This document shows positions 8,449 to 17,915 of a DNA stretch of 64,000 bases, piece after piece. Both the position numbers and the translations under genes were made by a program. The stretch comes from a virus: IMG/VR virus record IMGVR_UViG_3300028876_000002; one strand, written 5' to 3'. The notes beneath the pieces are model-generated. The model did not search any database, was not told the origin of the DNA, and worked only from the letters and a program-made list of their open reading frames with translations. Within the stretch, counting starts at the first letter, position 1. Every line of letters begins with the position of its first letter.

Positions 8449-11400
8449 ATGATCCTGCACTGCCTCCCGGCTTCGAGGAAGATCCGCCGCCACCTCCTGG
8501 TTTCGAGATGGACGCCGGAGGCGATGCTGCGCCCGCGCCGGCCTTCTCCAGCGTCCCGACACTGGACCCCGCCTCCGGCCGGGTCAGTCAACCTTCCCTG
8601 CCGGGGCGGTCGTCTGCCCCACCCACGCTGACGCAGAAGATCACGGCGCTGGTGGAAACCGGCATGCACCTGGCGAGCGCGGCCACCGGCGGGTTGCTCG
8701 GGGCCGTGGGTGGGGGCCTCGGGGCGTTCGCAGGCTCGGCTGCCAGCGGCGGGCTGCGTCGCCAGGCGGACGGCAGCGTGCCGGCGCTGGACGCGATCGG
8801 TGCGGGTGCCAAGGAGGGGGCCGCCAGCCTCGTCTACAACCCCCGCAGTGAACTTGGGCAAGAGCGTGCAGCCCAGGCGGCCGAGGGTCTGTCCCAACTC
8901 GCACCTCTGGGAGGCCTGCCGGCTGAAGCCGCAGCACTCAGCAGTGCCAGCCGGATGGTGGGTCGCGACCTGCGTACCGCGGGCTCCGCGGCGCTGGACG
9001 CGAACCGGAAGTTCAACGCCACCCGCACGGTTGCCCGAGAAGTGAAGGCTGCTAAGGAAGCCGCCCTCGCGGCCCCGGAACGGGCCGGCATCGAAGCCGC
9101 GCACGAGGCCGGGTACAAGCTGACCCCGAAGGCGGCCAATGCCGGTGTGGCTGCCCGCATGACTCAGACCGCAGCCGGTTCTGGGCGGCTGGAGAAGGAG
9201 TTCTCCGCCCACAACGCCGAGAACACCTCCAGGCTCGCCCGTCAGGACGTGGGCCTGCCTGACGACGTGCCGGCGACGCCTGAAGCCACAGCCGCGATCC
9301 GCAAGCAGGAAGGTGAGAACTACGCGGTCGTGAAGGACGTTGGCCGGTTCGAGAACGACGCCCAGTACGGCAAGGACCTGGACAACATCACCAGGCCGTA
9401 CACCGAGGCCGCCAAGGACTTCCCGGAGCTGCTGAACAATCCCATCATCAAGCGCGTCGAAGGCCTGCGCAAGGCGGATGTGGATTCGGCCTCCGCGATC
9501 GAGGTGGTGAAGGACCTGCGCAACGAGGCCGACAAGGCGTTCCGGGCCGGCGACAAGAAGCTCGGGGCCTCGTACCGTGCGGCTGCATCTGCGGTGGACA
9601 ACTCCTTGGACCGGGCGTTGACACGCATGGCGGAGACGAAGCGCTCGCCGGAACTCGCCGACGCGGTGGCCAAGTACCAGGCTGCCCGGGTGCGCATCGC
9701 CAAGACGTACCTGTTGGACGAGGCCATGGACGGCAAGCCGGGCGAGGTGAACGCCATGGCCTACAAACGGGCGCTGGAGAAGGGTGCCAAGCTCACCGGA
9801 GGTGCCAAGCAGATCGCTGAGTTCGCCAAGCAGTTCGGCGAGGAGGGCCTCGCACAGAAGAAGGGCAAGTCCGGCGGTACCGGCCCTGACTTCCGCGACA
9901 TTCTGCTGGCGGCGCTTCACGGCCCGACCACCGCGCTGGCGGCGCTCGTCGCCCGGCCCGGGGCGCGTGCCGCCCTGGGTAGCGAATTCATGCAGAAGCG
10001 CATGGCAGGCAAGAAACCCCAAGCCCCGGCCCCCAAGCCGGAACTCACCGCCGAGCAGTCACCATTCCCGGCTCGGGAGGACGGTGCACCGCCCGCGGGC
10101 CCGCTGGGCGACTTGACGCCAGACTGGGAGACCGCGCCCGGCGCTACGGCGTCCGCAGGCCGCCAGGAGGTGGTTCCGACTGAGGGGCTGGTGCCCGCGG
10201 TCGATGAGGCCGGCGGGCCTGCCCGGGTGCGCCCCGGTGGCGCCGACCTACGGATCTCCCGAGAGAACCAGTCGGATGCCGGCCCGGTGAAGCAGGTGGT
10301 GGCCGAACCCCCAACTCCCGGCCGGCGAGCCGGCGAGCAGATCCCGGCCGTGCCTGGGCGTCCGGACCTGCCCGACGCCATGGTGGGCGGTCCTCCGAAG
10401 GAGGTCGGCGCCACGGAGCCCACCGGCCGCGCGATGCAGGACGCGCTGGCGACGATCGACGAGTTCGAAGCCCAGAACCCCGGCAAGATCCCGGTGGGTG
10501 AGGCCACCGAGGTCGCGCCTACCGACCCGCGCCTGGCGGAGATCGAACAGTTGCAGCAGGGTGCGAAGTCAGAAGCCGTGAAGAAGGCGCTGACCGCGGA
10601 GGCCGCCAAGCTCAAGCGCGAGATCAAGGCCCAGGCCGAAGCCGAGAAGCTCAAGGCCGACGTGGCCGAGTTGCGCCAGGTGGCCGCGGGGGTCAAGGAC
10701 GCGAAGCTGAAAGAGCGCCTGCTGGCGCGCGCTGAGGACCTGGAGAAGCCGGAGAAGATCCCGGTCGGTGAGGTGACCGAAGGTCAGCCCGAGATCAAGA
10801 CCGAGAAGGTCGGCAAGATCCCGGTGGGCAAGGCCACGGAGGTGCCCAACGAGCCCGCCACCGGTCGGGCACCGGAGATGAAGAAGCTCCCCACCGGTGA
10901 GGCCACTCACGTCACCGACTCGGGCGTCGAAGAGGCGATCCCTGTTGGTGAGGCCAAGGAGTTGTTCACCGCGCCCGGCAAAGGCGAGGCGAAGGCTCCG
11001 GAGGCCGAGGTGCGGCTGGAGAAGGGGCCTCGCGGTCAGCTTGAAGGCTTCGACAAGAAGGGCGACCCCTACCAGGTCAAGGTCAGTGAACAGGTGCTTG
11101 GGGCCGACAAGAAGGAGAAGGCGATCCTGGTGGAGGTGCATGACCCGGTGACCGGTCAGCGGCGGGGGTTCGTGGACTTCGCGATCCGCAAGGACGGCAC
11201 TCTGGTGGCCGAGAACGTGAAGGTCGCCCCGTACCTCAGAAGGCGCGGCTTGGCGGAGATGATGTACCGGGCGGTCCGGGATGCCGGTCACGATATCGCT
11301 CCAGGCCGCGTGCAGACCACTGACGGTCTCGCATTCGTGGAGGAGATGCAGAGCAAGAATATCATCAACAAGGAAGCTGACGGCCCTCGTGCCAAGGCTT

Positions 11401-11672
11401 CAGACCTCAAAGGAGACCAAAATGGTCAAACCGCCGAAACCCGCAAAGAAAAGCCCGTTCCCGATACCAAAGCCGAAGCCGGCAAAGAAAGACCCTTACC
11501 CGAAGGCGTGACCTTGCGGCCGGTGAAGACTGGCGGTTTCGAGGCGGTGAACAAGCAAGGCAACCGCATCGGGCGCGTCACACCAACCGGCGAGGTGACC
11601 GTGGACAATGCGTTCGCCGGCAAAGGCATCGTGCAGGCCCTGCGCGACGCGATGAAGAAACCCAAACCCTGA
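8445..11672 (+). CDS. very large internal virion/ejection protein with C-terminal GNAT-like region
   Basis: ATGA overlap at 8445; LPPGFEED N-terminus; KIPVGE repeats; V.V.PYLRRRGLAEMMY motif. Confidence 0.6.
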   Translation: MNDPALPPGFEEDPPPPPGFEMDAGGDAAPAPAFSSVPTLDPASGRVSQPSLPGRSSAPPTLTQKITALVETGMHLASAATGGLLGAVGGGLGAFAGSAASGGLRRQADGSVPALDAIGAGAKEGAASLVYNPRSELGQERAAQAAEGLSQLAPLGGLPAEAAALSSASRMVGRDLRTAGSAALDANRKFNATRTVAREVKAAKEAALAAPERAGIEAAHEAGYKLTPKAANAGVAARMTQTAAGSGRLEKEFSAHNAENTSRLARQDVGLPDDVPATPEATAAIRKQEGENYAVVKDVGRFENDAQYGKDLDNITRPYTEAAKDFPELLNNPIIKRVEGLRKADVDSASAIEVVKDLRNEADKAFRAGDKKLGASYRAAASAVDNSLDRALTRMAETKRSPELADAVAKYQAARVRIAKTYLLDEAMDGKPGEVNAMAYKRALEKGAKLTGGAKQIAEFAKQFGEEGLAQKKGKSGGTGPDFRDILLAALHGPTTALAALVARPGARAALGSEFMQKRMAGKKPQAPAPKPELTAEQSPFPAREDGAPPAGPLGDLTPDWETAPGATASAGRQEVVPTEGLVPAVDEAGGPARVRPGGADLRISRENQSDAGPVKQVVAEPPTPGRRAGEQIPAVPGRPDLPDAMVGGPPKEVGATEPTGRAMQDALATIDEFEAQNPGKIPVGEATEVAPTDPRLAEIEQLQQGAKSEAVKKALTAEAAKLKREIKAQAEAEKLKADVAELRQVAAGVKDAKLKERLLARAEDLEKPEKIPVGEVTEGQPEIKTEKVGKIPVGKATEVPNEPATGRAPEMKKLPTGEATHVTDSGVEEAIPVGEAKELFTAPGKGEAKAPEAEVRLEKGPRGQLEGFDKKGDPYQVKVSEQVLGADKKEKAILVEVHDPVTGQRRGFVDFAIRKDGTLVAENVKVAPYLRRRGLAEMMYRAVRDAGHDIAPGRVQTTDGLAFVEEMQSKNIINKEADGPRAKASDLKGDQNGQTAETRKEKPVPDTKAEAGKERPLPEGVTLRPVKTGGFEAVNKQGNRIGRVTPTGEVTVDNAFAGKGIVQALRDAMKKPKP

Positions 11673-11683
11673 AGGAGAACCCA

Positions 11684-11815
11684 ATGATCGAGATCCTGCT
11701 GGCCTTGGTCGCCTACCGTGCGACCATCTACGGCGTGAAGAAGCTCCCCGAGTCCAAAGTGAAAGACGGCTTGCTGGTGGTGCTGGTCGGCCCCCACCCG
11801 ACGACCCCGGTGTGA
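11684..11815 (+). CDS. small hydrophobic protein (43 aa)
   Basis: AAGGAG RBS; stop overlaps next GTG; not in supplied ORF track. Confidence 0.5.
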   Translation: MIEILLALVAYRATIYGVKKLPESKVKDGLLVVLVGPHPTTPV

Positions 11816-12189
11816 AGTCGCTGGCCCTCGTCCTCCTGCTGGTGGGGCTCTGCGCCCGCTTTGGGTGGATGTGGGCACCCATCGCGATGCAGGCGAACGT
11901 GTGGAACGCCTCCGGGGCCATCTATACGGCGTTGCTGCTGGGCCTGCTGGCCGCGGTGTTCCACCGCAGCGAGGAGATGGGGTTGGTGCTGGCGTACCTC
12001 ATTTGCCTCCAGCTTGCCACCGCCGGTTGTTCCGTAGCCTGGCTCATCGAGCCGTGGACCCCGGTGCCTGGCGAGGCCCAATGTGATGGGGTGTTCAACA
12101 CCCCGATCACCTTGCTAGGGATGTACATCGGTCTCATGGTTTCGCTTGCCGTACGGAGCAGTAGTCGTGGAAAAAATACCAAATCTTGA
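11812..12189 (+). CDS. membrane protein (lysis region)
   Basis: Several hydrophobic segments. Confidence 0.55.
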   Translation: MKSLALVLLLVGLCARFGWMWAPIAMQANVWNASGAIYTALLLGLLAAVFHRSEEMGLVLAYLICLQLATAGCSVAWLIEPWTPVPGEAQCDGVFNTPITLLGMYIGLMVSLAVRSSSRGKNTKS

Positions 12190-12571
12190 GACCTTCATCG
12201 CCGTCGTAGCGACGGTGGTGTTCGGCCAGCAAATGGGGCCTTTAATCAGCACATTCGCGCTGATCGTGTTCGGGTGGTTCGGGGGCATGTTGGTCGGCCT
12301 GTTGAGGCTGCAGTCCGACCCTGAAGGCGGCGGGGTGAGGGTGCGTGCGCTATGGTTCGTGATGGTCTCGTTCGTGGTGACGGTCGGCAGCGCCAGCACG
12401 GCGGCCACCTGGCTAGCGGCCCACAACGGTGGTAACCCTACCGACTGGTTGTTCTTTGTCGCGCTTGGGATTCCCGCCATCGGCATGGACTGGATCAGGG
12501 TTGGTCAGTGGTCTGCGGCGCTAGTCAAGCGCCGCATTGAGCGATTCGTGGAATCGCGATCTAAGGGGTGA
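12167..12571 (+). CDS. putative holin-type membrane protein
   Basis: 3-4 TM segments, basic C-terminal tail, upstream of endolysin. Confidence 0.5.
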   Translation: MEKIPNLETFIAVVATVVFGQQMGPLISTFALIVFGWFGGMLVGLLRLQSDPEGGGVRVRALWFVMVSFVVTVGSASTAATWLAAHNGGNPTDWLFFVALGIPAIGMDWIRVGQWSAALVKRRIERFVESRSKG

Positions 12572-12575
12572 GTAA

Positions 12576-12950
12576 ATGATGACGATCGTGACGTTGATCG
12601 CGGCCAACATGGCCATCTGGGCGGTGCTGTGCCGCATAGCGTTCATGGTCTCCGGCCGGACCCGGGGCGTGGTAGTGTTCCAGCACGCCGTCCTGGCGTT
12701 GAGCCTGTTTGTGGCCGGCATGACGGCGCTGGACTGGAGATTGCTGCGTGCTTACGGAGCCGAAGGCTGGGTCGTGGACCTGATGGCGCAACCACGGATC
12801 GGGGTCGCGGTATTGAGCGTCGGCGTCATGGTCTACCTGCTGGCAGGGTCGGCCCGCTGGCGCCACGGAGCCCCGGAGGGCACTCTCAAGCCAGGTCAGC
12901 AGGTGCACCAGCAGCGAGTCCCGAGTCGCGTTCGCCTGGCTGGAAGGTAA
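12576..12950 (+). CDS. membrane protein (holin/antiholin candidate)
   Basis: About 3 TM segments, adjacent to endolysin. Confidence 0.45.
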   Translation: MMTIVTLIAANMAIWAVLCRIAFMVSGRTRGVVVFQHAVLALSLFVAGMTALDWRLLRAYGAEGWVVDLMAQPRIGVAVLSVGVMVYLLAGSARWRHGAPEGTLKPGQQVHQQRVPSRVRLAGR

Positions 12951-12956
12951 CAGCCG

Positions 12957-12985
12957 TTGCGCCGCCCGGGGGCCGGGCGTAGCAT
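12957..12985 (+). promoter_or_regulatory. sigma70-like promoter with palindromic spacer before endolysin
   Basis: TTGCGC-17-TAGCAT; spacer CGCCCGG-GGG-CCGGGCG is an inverted repeat. Confidence 0.35.
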
Positions 12986-13006
12986 GGTCTGAGGAGGGCA
13001 CAAACC

Positions 13007-13621
13007 ATGCTCACTCTCGACCACCTGATCGCGTGCGGTATCGGGCCGACCCAGGCCCGCACCTTCCTCGCTCCGCTCCAGCAAGCCTTCGAGCGCTTCG
13101 AGATCCTCAGCCCGGTGCGCATGGCGGCGTTCATCGCCCAGGCGGCTCACGAGTCGGTCAACTTCACCCGGTTGGAGGAGAACCTGCACTACTCGACGCC
13201 GGAGCGCATCGCAGCCGTGTTCCCGTCCAGCGTGCCGTCAACCGCTGCTGCGGCGCCGCTCATCCGCAATCCTGAAGCCTTGGCCAACCGCGTGTATGCC
13301 AACAGGCTCGGCAACGGCGACGACGCCAGCGGAGATGGGTGGAGGTACCGGGGCCGTGGTCTCTTCCAGATCACCGGCCGGGCCAACTACATGGCCGCCG
13401 GAGGGGCGCTCGGGGTGGACCTGAAGAACCACCCGGCCATGGTGGCTGAGCCTGAGAGCGCGGCCATGACCGCCGCATGGTTCTGGTCCGCCGCCGGCTG
13501 CAACGACCTGGCTGACGGCTCACAGATCGACGCCATCACCCGCAAGATCAACGGCCGAGCCATGCTGGGTGCTGACGAGCGGCGCTGTCGGTTCGACCGC
13601 GCCTTGCAGGCCCTGTCGTGA
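13007..13621 (+). CDS. endolysin, glycoside hydrolase family 19
   Basis: FIAQAAHES..F..LEENL.YS and YRGRGLFQITGRANY motifs. Confidence 0.9.
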   Translation: MLTLDHLIACGIGPTQARTFLAPLQQAFERFEILSPVRMAAFIAQAAHESVNFTRLEENLHYSTPERIAAVFPSSVPSTAAAAPLIRNPEALANRVYANRLGNGDDASGDGWRYRGRGLFQITGRANYMAAGGALGVDLKNHPAMVAEPESAAMTAAWFWSAAGCNDLADGSQIDAITRKINGRAMLGADERRCRFDRALQALS

Positions 13622-13980
13622 TCGCCGCCTATGTTGCTGGCGCGGCGCTGGTTGCAGGGATCGGTCTGGGCTGGACGGTCGCTGACTGGCGAGCCGACGC
13701 CCGGGAACTGCAAAGGGTCCAGGCTCAGAAGGAAGTGGCCGACGAGCAGCAACGCATGGTCTCACAGGCATCGGCCAGGTTTGAGACTCAACGAGAACAA
13801 CGTGGTGCGCGAGAGCGCATCGTCGTGAAGGAGGTTCAACGTGTTCTGGAAAAGCCTGTGTACCGCAACGTGTGTCTTGATGACGGTGGGTTGCGCATCC
13901 TCTCTGACGACATCGCCGCCTCCAACGCTCGCCGCCAACTTGGACCGGCGCTGCCCAGCGCTTCCAGCCCCGACCGGTAA
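13618..13980 (+). CDS. i-spanin (Rz-like)
   Basis: N-terminal TM, coiled coil, YRNVCLDDGGL motif. Confidence 0.8.
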   Translation: MIAAYVAGAALVAGIGLGWTVADWRADARELQRVQAQKEVADEQQRMVSQASARFETQREQRGARERIVVKEVQRVLEKPVYRNVCLDDGGLRILSDDIAASNARRQLGPALPSASSPDR

Positions 13981-14080
13981 GACCGGCGCAGACCAGGTGC
14001 TGTGGAGCCGCGAGGTCATCGTGCTGTACGACGAGTGCGCTTCGCGGCTCGACTCGGTGCTTGAGGCTTGGCCGAAGTAG
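13841..14080 (+). CDS. o-spanin (Rz1-like lipoprotein)
   Basis: Overlaps Rz in another frame; lipobox TVGC; Pro-rich; second Cys. Confidence 0.75.
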   Translation: MFWKSLCTATCVLMTVGCASSLTTSPPPTLAANLDRRCPALPAPTGKTGADQVLWSREVIVLYDECASRLDSVLEAWPK

Positions 14081-14113
14081 AAAGGCCCGGCCGCCTTGTG
14101 GACGAGGGCGTTC

Positions 14114-14809
14114 TCACTCATTGCGCGCCGCCTCCCACCACTCGTTGTCGAAACACCCCTTACCGGTGACCCAGCCTGGTATCCAAGGCCCTCCTAGAGT
14201 CATATGGGCTATGCCCAGGTTGTCGGGCCTCTCTACTTCGTCGCAGAGCCAGTTCCAGGCCGGGCTCAGGTCACCGATCTCGTCGTCGTGCAGCCAGTAA
14301 AACCTGTGCAGGTCGCGGCCAGGCCGGTTGTTCACGTCCCAGAGCGTGAGCCGGCGGTTGGCGGGGTGGGAGCAGTCGAACAACATCACCGAAGATTGGT
14401 TTTTCCTGACGTAGTTGCTCTGCTCCTGATTCACCATCTTGAACCGGGTGGATGGCGTGTAGTCGTGCTTCACGACGTAGACGGCCTTGCCCGGTTCGAT
14501 CTCGTTCAACATCTCTTCCGGGTTGCGCAGGAACACCACGTCGCAGTCGGTGAAGAGTGCGAAACCCTCCTGGCACAGGATCGGAGTGAGGAAGCGCGAG
14601 ACCGCGAAGCGGGTGCTCTTCTTCGCGTTGGACACCAGGTCATAGTCCTGGCCGCCCCGGTGGTCGCCGAGCCTGTTGAGCAGGCCGTGGGCCGCCAGCT
14701 TCTCCGCGTCCAGCAGTTCAGCCGGCACGTTGGACACGCTGCGCAGCGACTTGAGCGCGACACGCGCGGCTTCCGCTTCGCGTTCGTCGTAGCCGATCAG
14801 GATTCTCAT
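14114..14809 (-). CDS. glycosyltransferase, GT-A fold (GT8-like)
   Basis: RILIGYD.RE, SRFLTP, FTDCDVVF (DxD), WNWL, HMTLGGPW. Confidence 0.8.
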   Translation of the reverse strand: MRILIGYDEREAEAARVALKSLRSVSNVPAELLDAEKLAAHGLLNRLGDHRGGQDYDLVSNAKKSTRFAVSRFLTPILCQEGFALFTDCDVVFLRNPEEMLNEIEPGKAVYVVKHDYTPSTRFKMVNQEQSNYVRKNQSSVMLFDCSHPANRRLTLWDVNNRPGRDLHRFYWLHDDEIGDLSPAWNWLCDEVERPDNLGIAHMTLGGPWIPGWVTGKGCFDNEWWEAARNE

Positions 14810-14811
14810 GT

Positions 14812-15012
14812 TCAACCGTGCTCCACTTCGACTACCCAACAGATCAGATTCCCGTCGCCGTCCTCGACACGAGCACAGCCTTCAGTTCCTTCAGCGCACT
14901 CCTCCACGTGGTGCCCAGGGAAGGACTTGTAGCCCCGTGCTTTCCGTAGCGCCGACCTGTGCGTTCCGGCCTCTACCGGTTTCCCGTCCACGATGTACTT
15001 CTTGAGTTTCAT
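14812..15012 (-). CDS. hypothetical protein
   Basis: 66 aa, tightly packed in operon. Confidence 0.55.
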   Translation of the reverse strand: MKLKKYIVDGKPVEAGTHRSALRKARGYKSFPGHHVEECAEGTEGCARVEDGDGNLICWVVEVEHG

Positions 15013-15659
15013 GTCGGCACCAAGATGTAGTCACCGCTTATCTCCTCGACCACCTTGTAGCCCCACGACTCCAGGAGGTGCACGGCGCCCAGCGTGGGTA
15101 GCCCGAACCGCGAGGCCATCTCCCGCTTCTGCTCCACGACGATCACTGGCTTGCAAGCCTTGATCGTCTGCTCACCGCCGCGCAGGACGTTCTCTTCAAA
15201 GCCTTCGGTGTCGATCTTCAGGAAGTCCAGGTCGTTGAGCCCGAAGCTGTCGAGGGTGCGCATCTCGATCTCACCAGGCCCGCCCACCGCGCTGTTACCG
15301 CTGCTTCCGACTTCGGTGTCAATGGAGACCATGCTGGGCTTGGCCCCGAGCGCGTACGGCAACAGAGTGACTTGGCCAACTCCAGTGACGTTCTTCTGGA
15401 AGCACTCGCGGTGTTCGGCTACCGGCTCGAAGGCGAACACGGTGTCGAACGCGAACGCCAGGTTGCGGCTCCAGAGCCCGACGTGCGCTCCGACATCCAC
15501 GGCCAGCCGGAACGAAGTGCAGCGCTTGAGCGCCGCGATCTGTTTCGATCCTTGGTAGGCCGACCGACCGTTCATCTCGACCTTGTTCTTCTTGCTGTCC
15601 ATCCAGGCCGTGAGGTGCTGCTCATGGTCCGGGAACCACCAGCCTTTGTGAAGTTTCAT
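15009..15659 (-). CDS. FkbM-family SAM methyltransferase
   Basis: VDVGAHVG, AFEP, LDFLKIDTEGFE..VL.G. Confidence 0.9.
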   Translation of the reverse strand: MKLHKGWWFPDHEQHLTAWMDSKKNKVEMNGRSAYQGSKQIAALKRCTSFRLAVDVGAHVGLWSRNLAFAFDTVFAFEPVAEHRECFQKNVTGVGQVTLLPYALGAKPSMVSIDTEVGSSGNSAVGGPGEIEMRTLDSFGLNDLDFLKIDTEGFEENVLRGGEQTIKACKPVIVVEQKREMASRFGLPTLGAVHLLESWGYKVVEEISGDYILVPT

Positions 15660-16405
15660 TCCAGGATCTCCTTCAAGTTGCGAACCACCTCGTCAACCGA
15701 GATGGCTTCCATGGACGTCCGGCAGCCGGGGCAGTCGGTGCGCATGCCGCACGCTGGCCCGGCATGCCGGATGTTGCGGTGCGCGGTGTAGCCGGTGATG
15801 TCCGGGCTGATGAACTCGCTGAACAATACCACGGCCGGTGTGCCCACGGCCGCAGCCGCGTGCATGAGGCCGCCCTCAGTACCGACGAACGCCTTGCAGA
15901 CCGAGAGCACGGCGCAGGCGTGGCGGAAGGACGGCGACACCACCCACGACACGCCGTGCAAGGTCGGCTGGAGACCGTTCGAGATGCACTGCACGAACCG
16001 CGTTTCCGGCATCGCGCGCACCACCTCCTGCCACCGACCCCAACTCCAGGCCTTGTTCGTGTGCCCGATGGCCTTCACGTTCGGTTCGACCATCACCATC
16101 CCGCGGTACAGCTCCGCGAACGCCAGCTCGGCAGGCGTGAACACGATCTGGGCCGGCGTGGGGCCGTACGGCTTCCACGTCCACCGCTCCGCGGTCTTGG
16201 CCGCGATGTAGGGGCGCACGCCCGAGCCGTCCACGATGGTCTGGTACCGGCGGCCCGCAGGCCGGCGGGCGATGTATGGCAAACCATCCCAGAGGTCGGA
16301 CCAGGCGCGAGTCCCGTTCCGGCCAAGGATGAGCACCGGGAGCTTGTTCTCCTGGTACAGCTTCCGGGCTCGGCCGGATGCCATCAAAAAATCACCGAGA
16401 CCCAT
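15656..16405 (-). CDS. glycosyltransferase, GT-B (GT9/heptosyltransferase-like)
   Basis: MGLGDFLM start; FVGTEGGLMHAAAAVGTPAVVLF; C-terminal C..C..I..DEV. Confidence 0.85.
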   Translation of the reverse strand: MGLGDFLMASGRARKLYQENKLPVLILGRNGTRAWSDLWDGLPYIARRPAGRRYQTIVDGSGVRPYIAAKTAERWTWKPYGPTPAQIVFTPAELAFAELYRGMVMVEPNVKAIGHTNKAWSWGRWQEVVRAMPETRFVQCISNGLQPTLHGVSWVVSPSFRHACAVLSVCKAFVGTEGGLMHAAAAVGTPAVVLFSEFISPDITGYTAHRNIRHAGPACGMRTDCPGCRTSMEAISVDEVVRNLKEILE

Positions 16406-16622
16406 GGAACACCATCGCGGCTCGGAGCGGGTGTTGCGGATCACCTCGTGTGTACCGCCCCACGTCATCCGCCACGTCATCAACCGCCGCGTGCAGGCGG
16501 TCCAGGCGCACGAGAAGGCTCCTTGCCACTTCTACGGTCAAGGCTCCCGGGAGGGTCTTCAGGTACTGGATGAGTTCCTTGTCCGGCATCTGGGTAAGCC
16601 GGTGAATGTCAGCATCGGTCAT
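16392..16622 (-). CDS. hypothetical protein
   Basis: ATGA overlap with upstream stop. Confidence 0.5.
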   Translation of the reverse strand: MTDADIHRLTQMPDKELIQYLKTLPGALTVEVARSLLVRLDRLHAAVDDVADDVGRYTRGDPQHPLRAAMVFHGSR

Positions 16623-17143
16623 GGTGTCTCCGTCAAGCAGAAGTCGAGAGGCGCAACCCGCGTTGCGTTCATGCCGTGGAACTTCTTGAGCCACCACTCG
16701 TACGGCTCGATGGTGACGTGCAGGTTGGTGCCGTCCGGAAAGCACTTCTTGGCCGGCCGGCAGCAGACGCTGGCCCAGACGAACAGCTTGGCGTGCCCGA
16801 ACAGCCTGTCGATCAGCGCGTCCACGTCCTCGCGAGGCACGTGCTCCAGCACGTCACTACAGAGCACGCCGTCGAACTTGCGGCCCTCGGGCAGCACCCG
16901 GGCGTTGCCCTTGAACGCCGGGTCGTACAGCGTCACGTCCTTGCGCTTGACGCCGATGTCGCGGTGCAGGTTACCACCAGCGCCCCAGGCGTCCCCGCGA
17001 CCGCAGCCGTAGTCGAGGATCGTCTTGGCGCCGGTTTTGCGGACCAGCTTGCGGATCGTCTTCTCGTGCTGAAGAATCGAGAGGCCGAAGAACGACTGGC
17101 CGCCTGCGGCCATGTCACGGTACAGCGGGGTCAGGTCGGTCAC
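16619..17143 (-). CDS. class I SAM methyltransferase
   Basis: ILDYGCGRG, YDPA, FDGVLCSDVLEHVP. Confidence 0.85.
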   Translation of the reverse strand: MTDLTPLYRDMAAGGQSFFGLSILQHEKTIRKLVRKTGAKTILDYGCGRGDAWGAGGNLHRDIGVKRKDVTLYDPAFKGNARVLPEGRKFDGVLCSDVLEHVPREDVDALIDRLFGHAKLFVWASVCCRPAKKCFPDGTNLHVTIEPYEWWLKKFHGMNATRVAPLDFCLTETP

Positions 17144-17361
17144 AGCTTGCGCCTCTTGGTGTGGAGGGTCTGAACCTCTCGTTGTACAGCTTCGATGTCC
17201 AGGACATCCCCGTCCCGGATGTTCCTGACGAACTGCCGTCCGCGGGACTCCACCGTGATCTGACCGACCACCTCCCGCCGATCGGGGTCCTCCTTGTGGG
17301 TCTTCAGATTCGCGAGGAACTTCCGGGCCTCAGCATCGTAGTGCTTGACTTCCATCTTCAC
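17140..17361 (-). CDS. hypothetical protein
   Basis: Overlapping start/stop with neighbours. Confidence 0.45.
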   Translation of the reverse strand: MKMEVKHYDAEARKFLANLKTHKEDPDRREVVGQITVESRGRQFVRNIRDGDVLDIEAVQREVQTLHTKRRKL

Positions 17362-17915
17362 GCGCCACTCCTCACGTACGTCCCGCACCACTCGATGAAG
17401 TGCCCACGCGTCACCCGCTCCAACCGCCAGCCCCGAACCTCCATCACTCGGTCGATGTGGTGGGGGTTGTTACCGCTGCGCGAGTCGATGATCGTGGGTG
17501 CGTGCTCGGGCGGCAGGCGAATGACCACCATGTCGATGGCTGCGTCCGCGAACCGGGCGCACGCCTCGGTGGGGTTCTTCAGCTTGTGGAGCACCGCCAG
17601 CAGCAGCACGACGTGGTACTTGCGCTTCGGAACCCACACGTTGGCGTCGCCGACCTCGAAGCAGGCCGCCAGGTCTGCGTGCACCCTGCGGCCGGTCTCG
17701 ACGTGGGCCTTGACCACCTCGACGCCGTGCACCGCCACCGCGCCGCGGTGAGCCATCTCGGCCGTGAGCATGCCCTCAGCACAACCGATGTCGAGCACGG
17801 TCTTGCCGTGGACGAACTCGAACACGTGGTCCAAGCCCTTCATCTGGTCCTGGAGCGTGCGGTCGCCGGGGCGACCGGGAGTTGTGAACCATCCGCTTTT
17901 CACTTGCTTAGCCAT
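17358..17915 (-). CDS. class I SAM methyltransferase
   Basis: TVLDIGCAEG, VHGVE, YHVVLLLAVLHK. Confidence 0.85.
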   Translation of the reverse strand: MAKQVKSGWFTTPGRPGDRTLQDQMKGLDHVFEFVHGKTVLDIGCAEGMLTAEMAHRGAVAVHGVEVVKAHVETGRRVHADLAACFEVGDANVWVPKRKYHVVLLLAVLHKLKNPTEACARFADAAIDMVVIRLPPEHAPTIIDSRSGNNPHHIDRVMEVRGWRLERVTRGHFIEWCGTYVRSGA

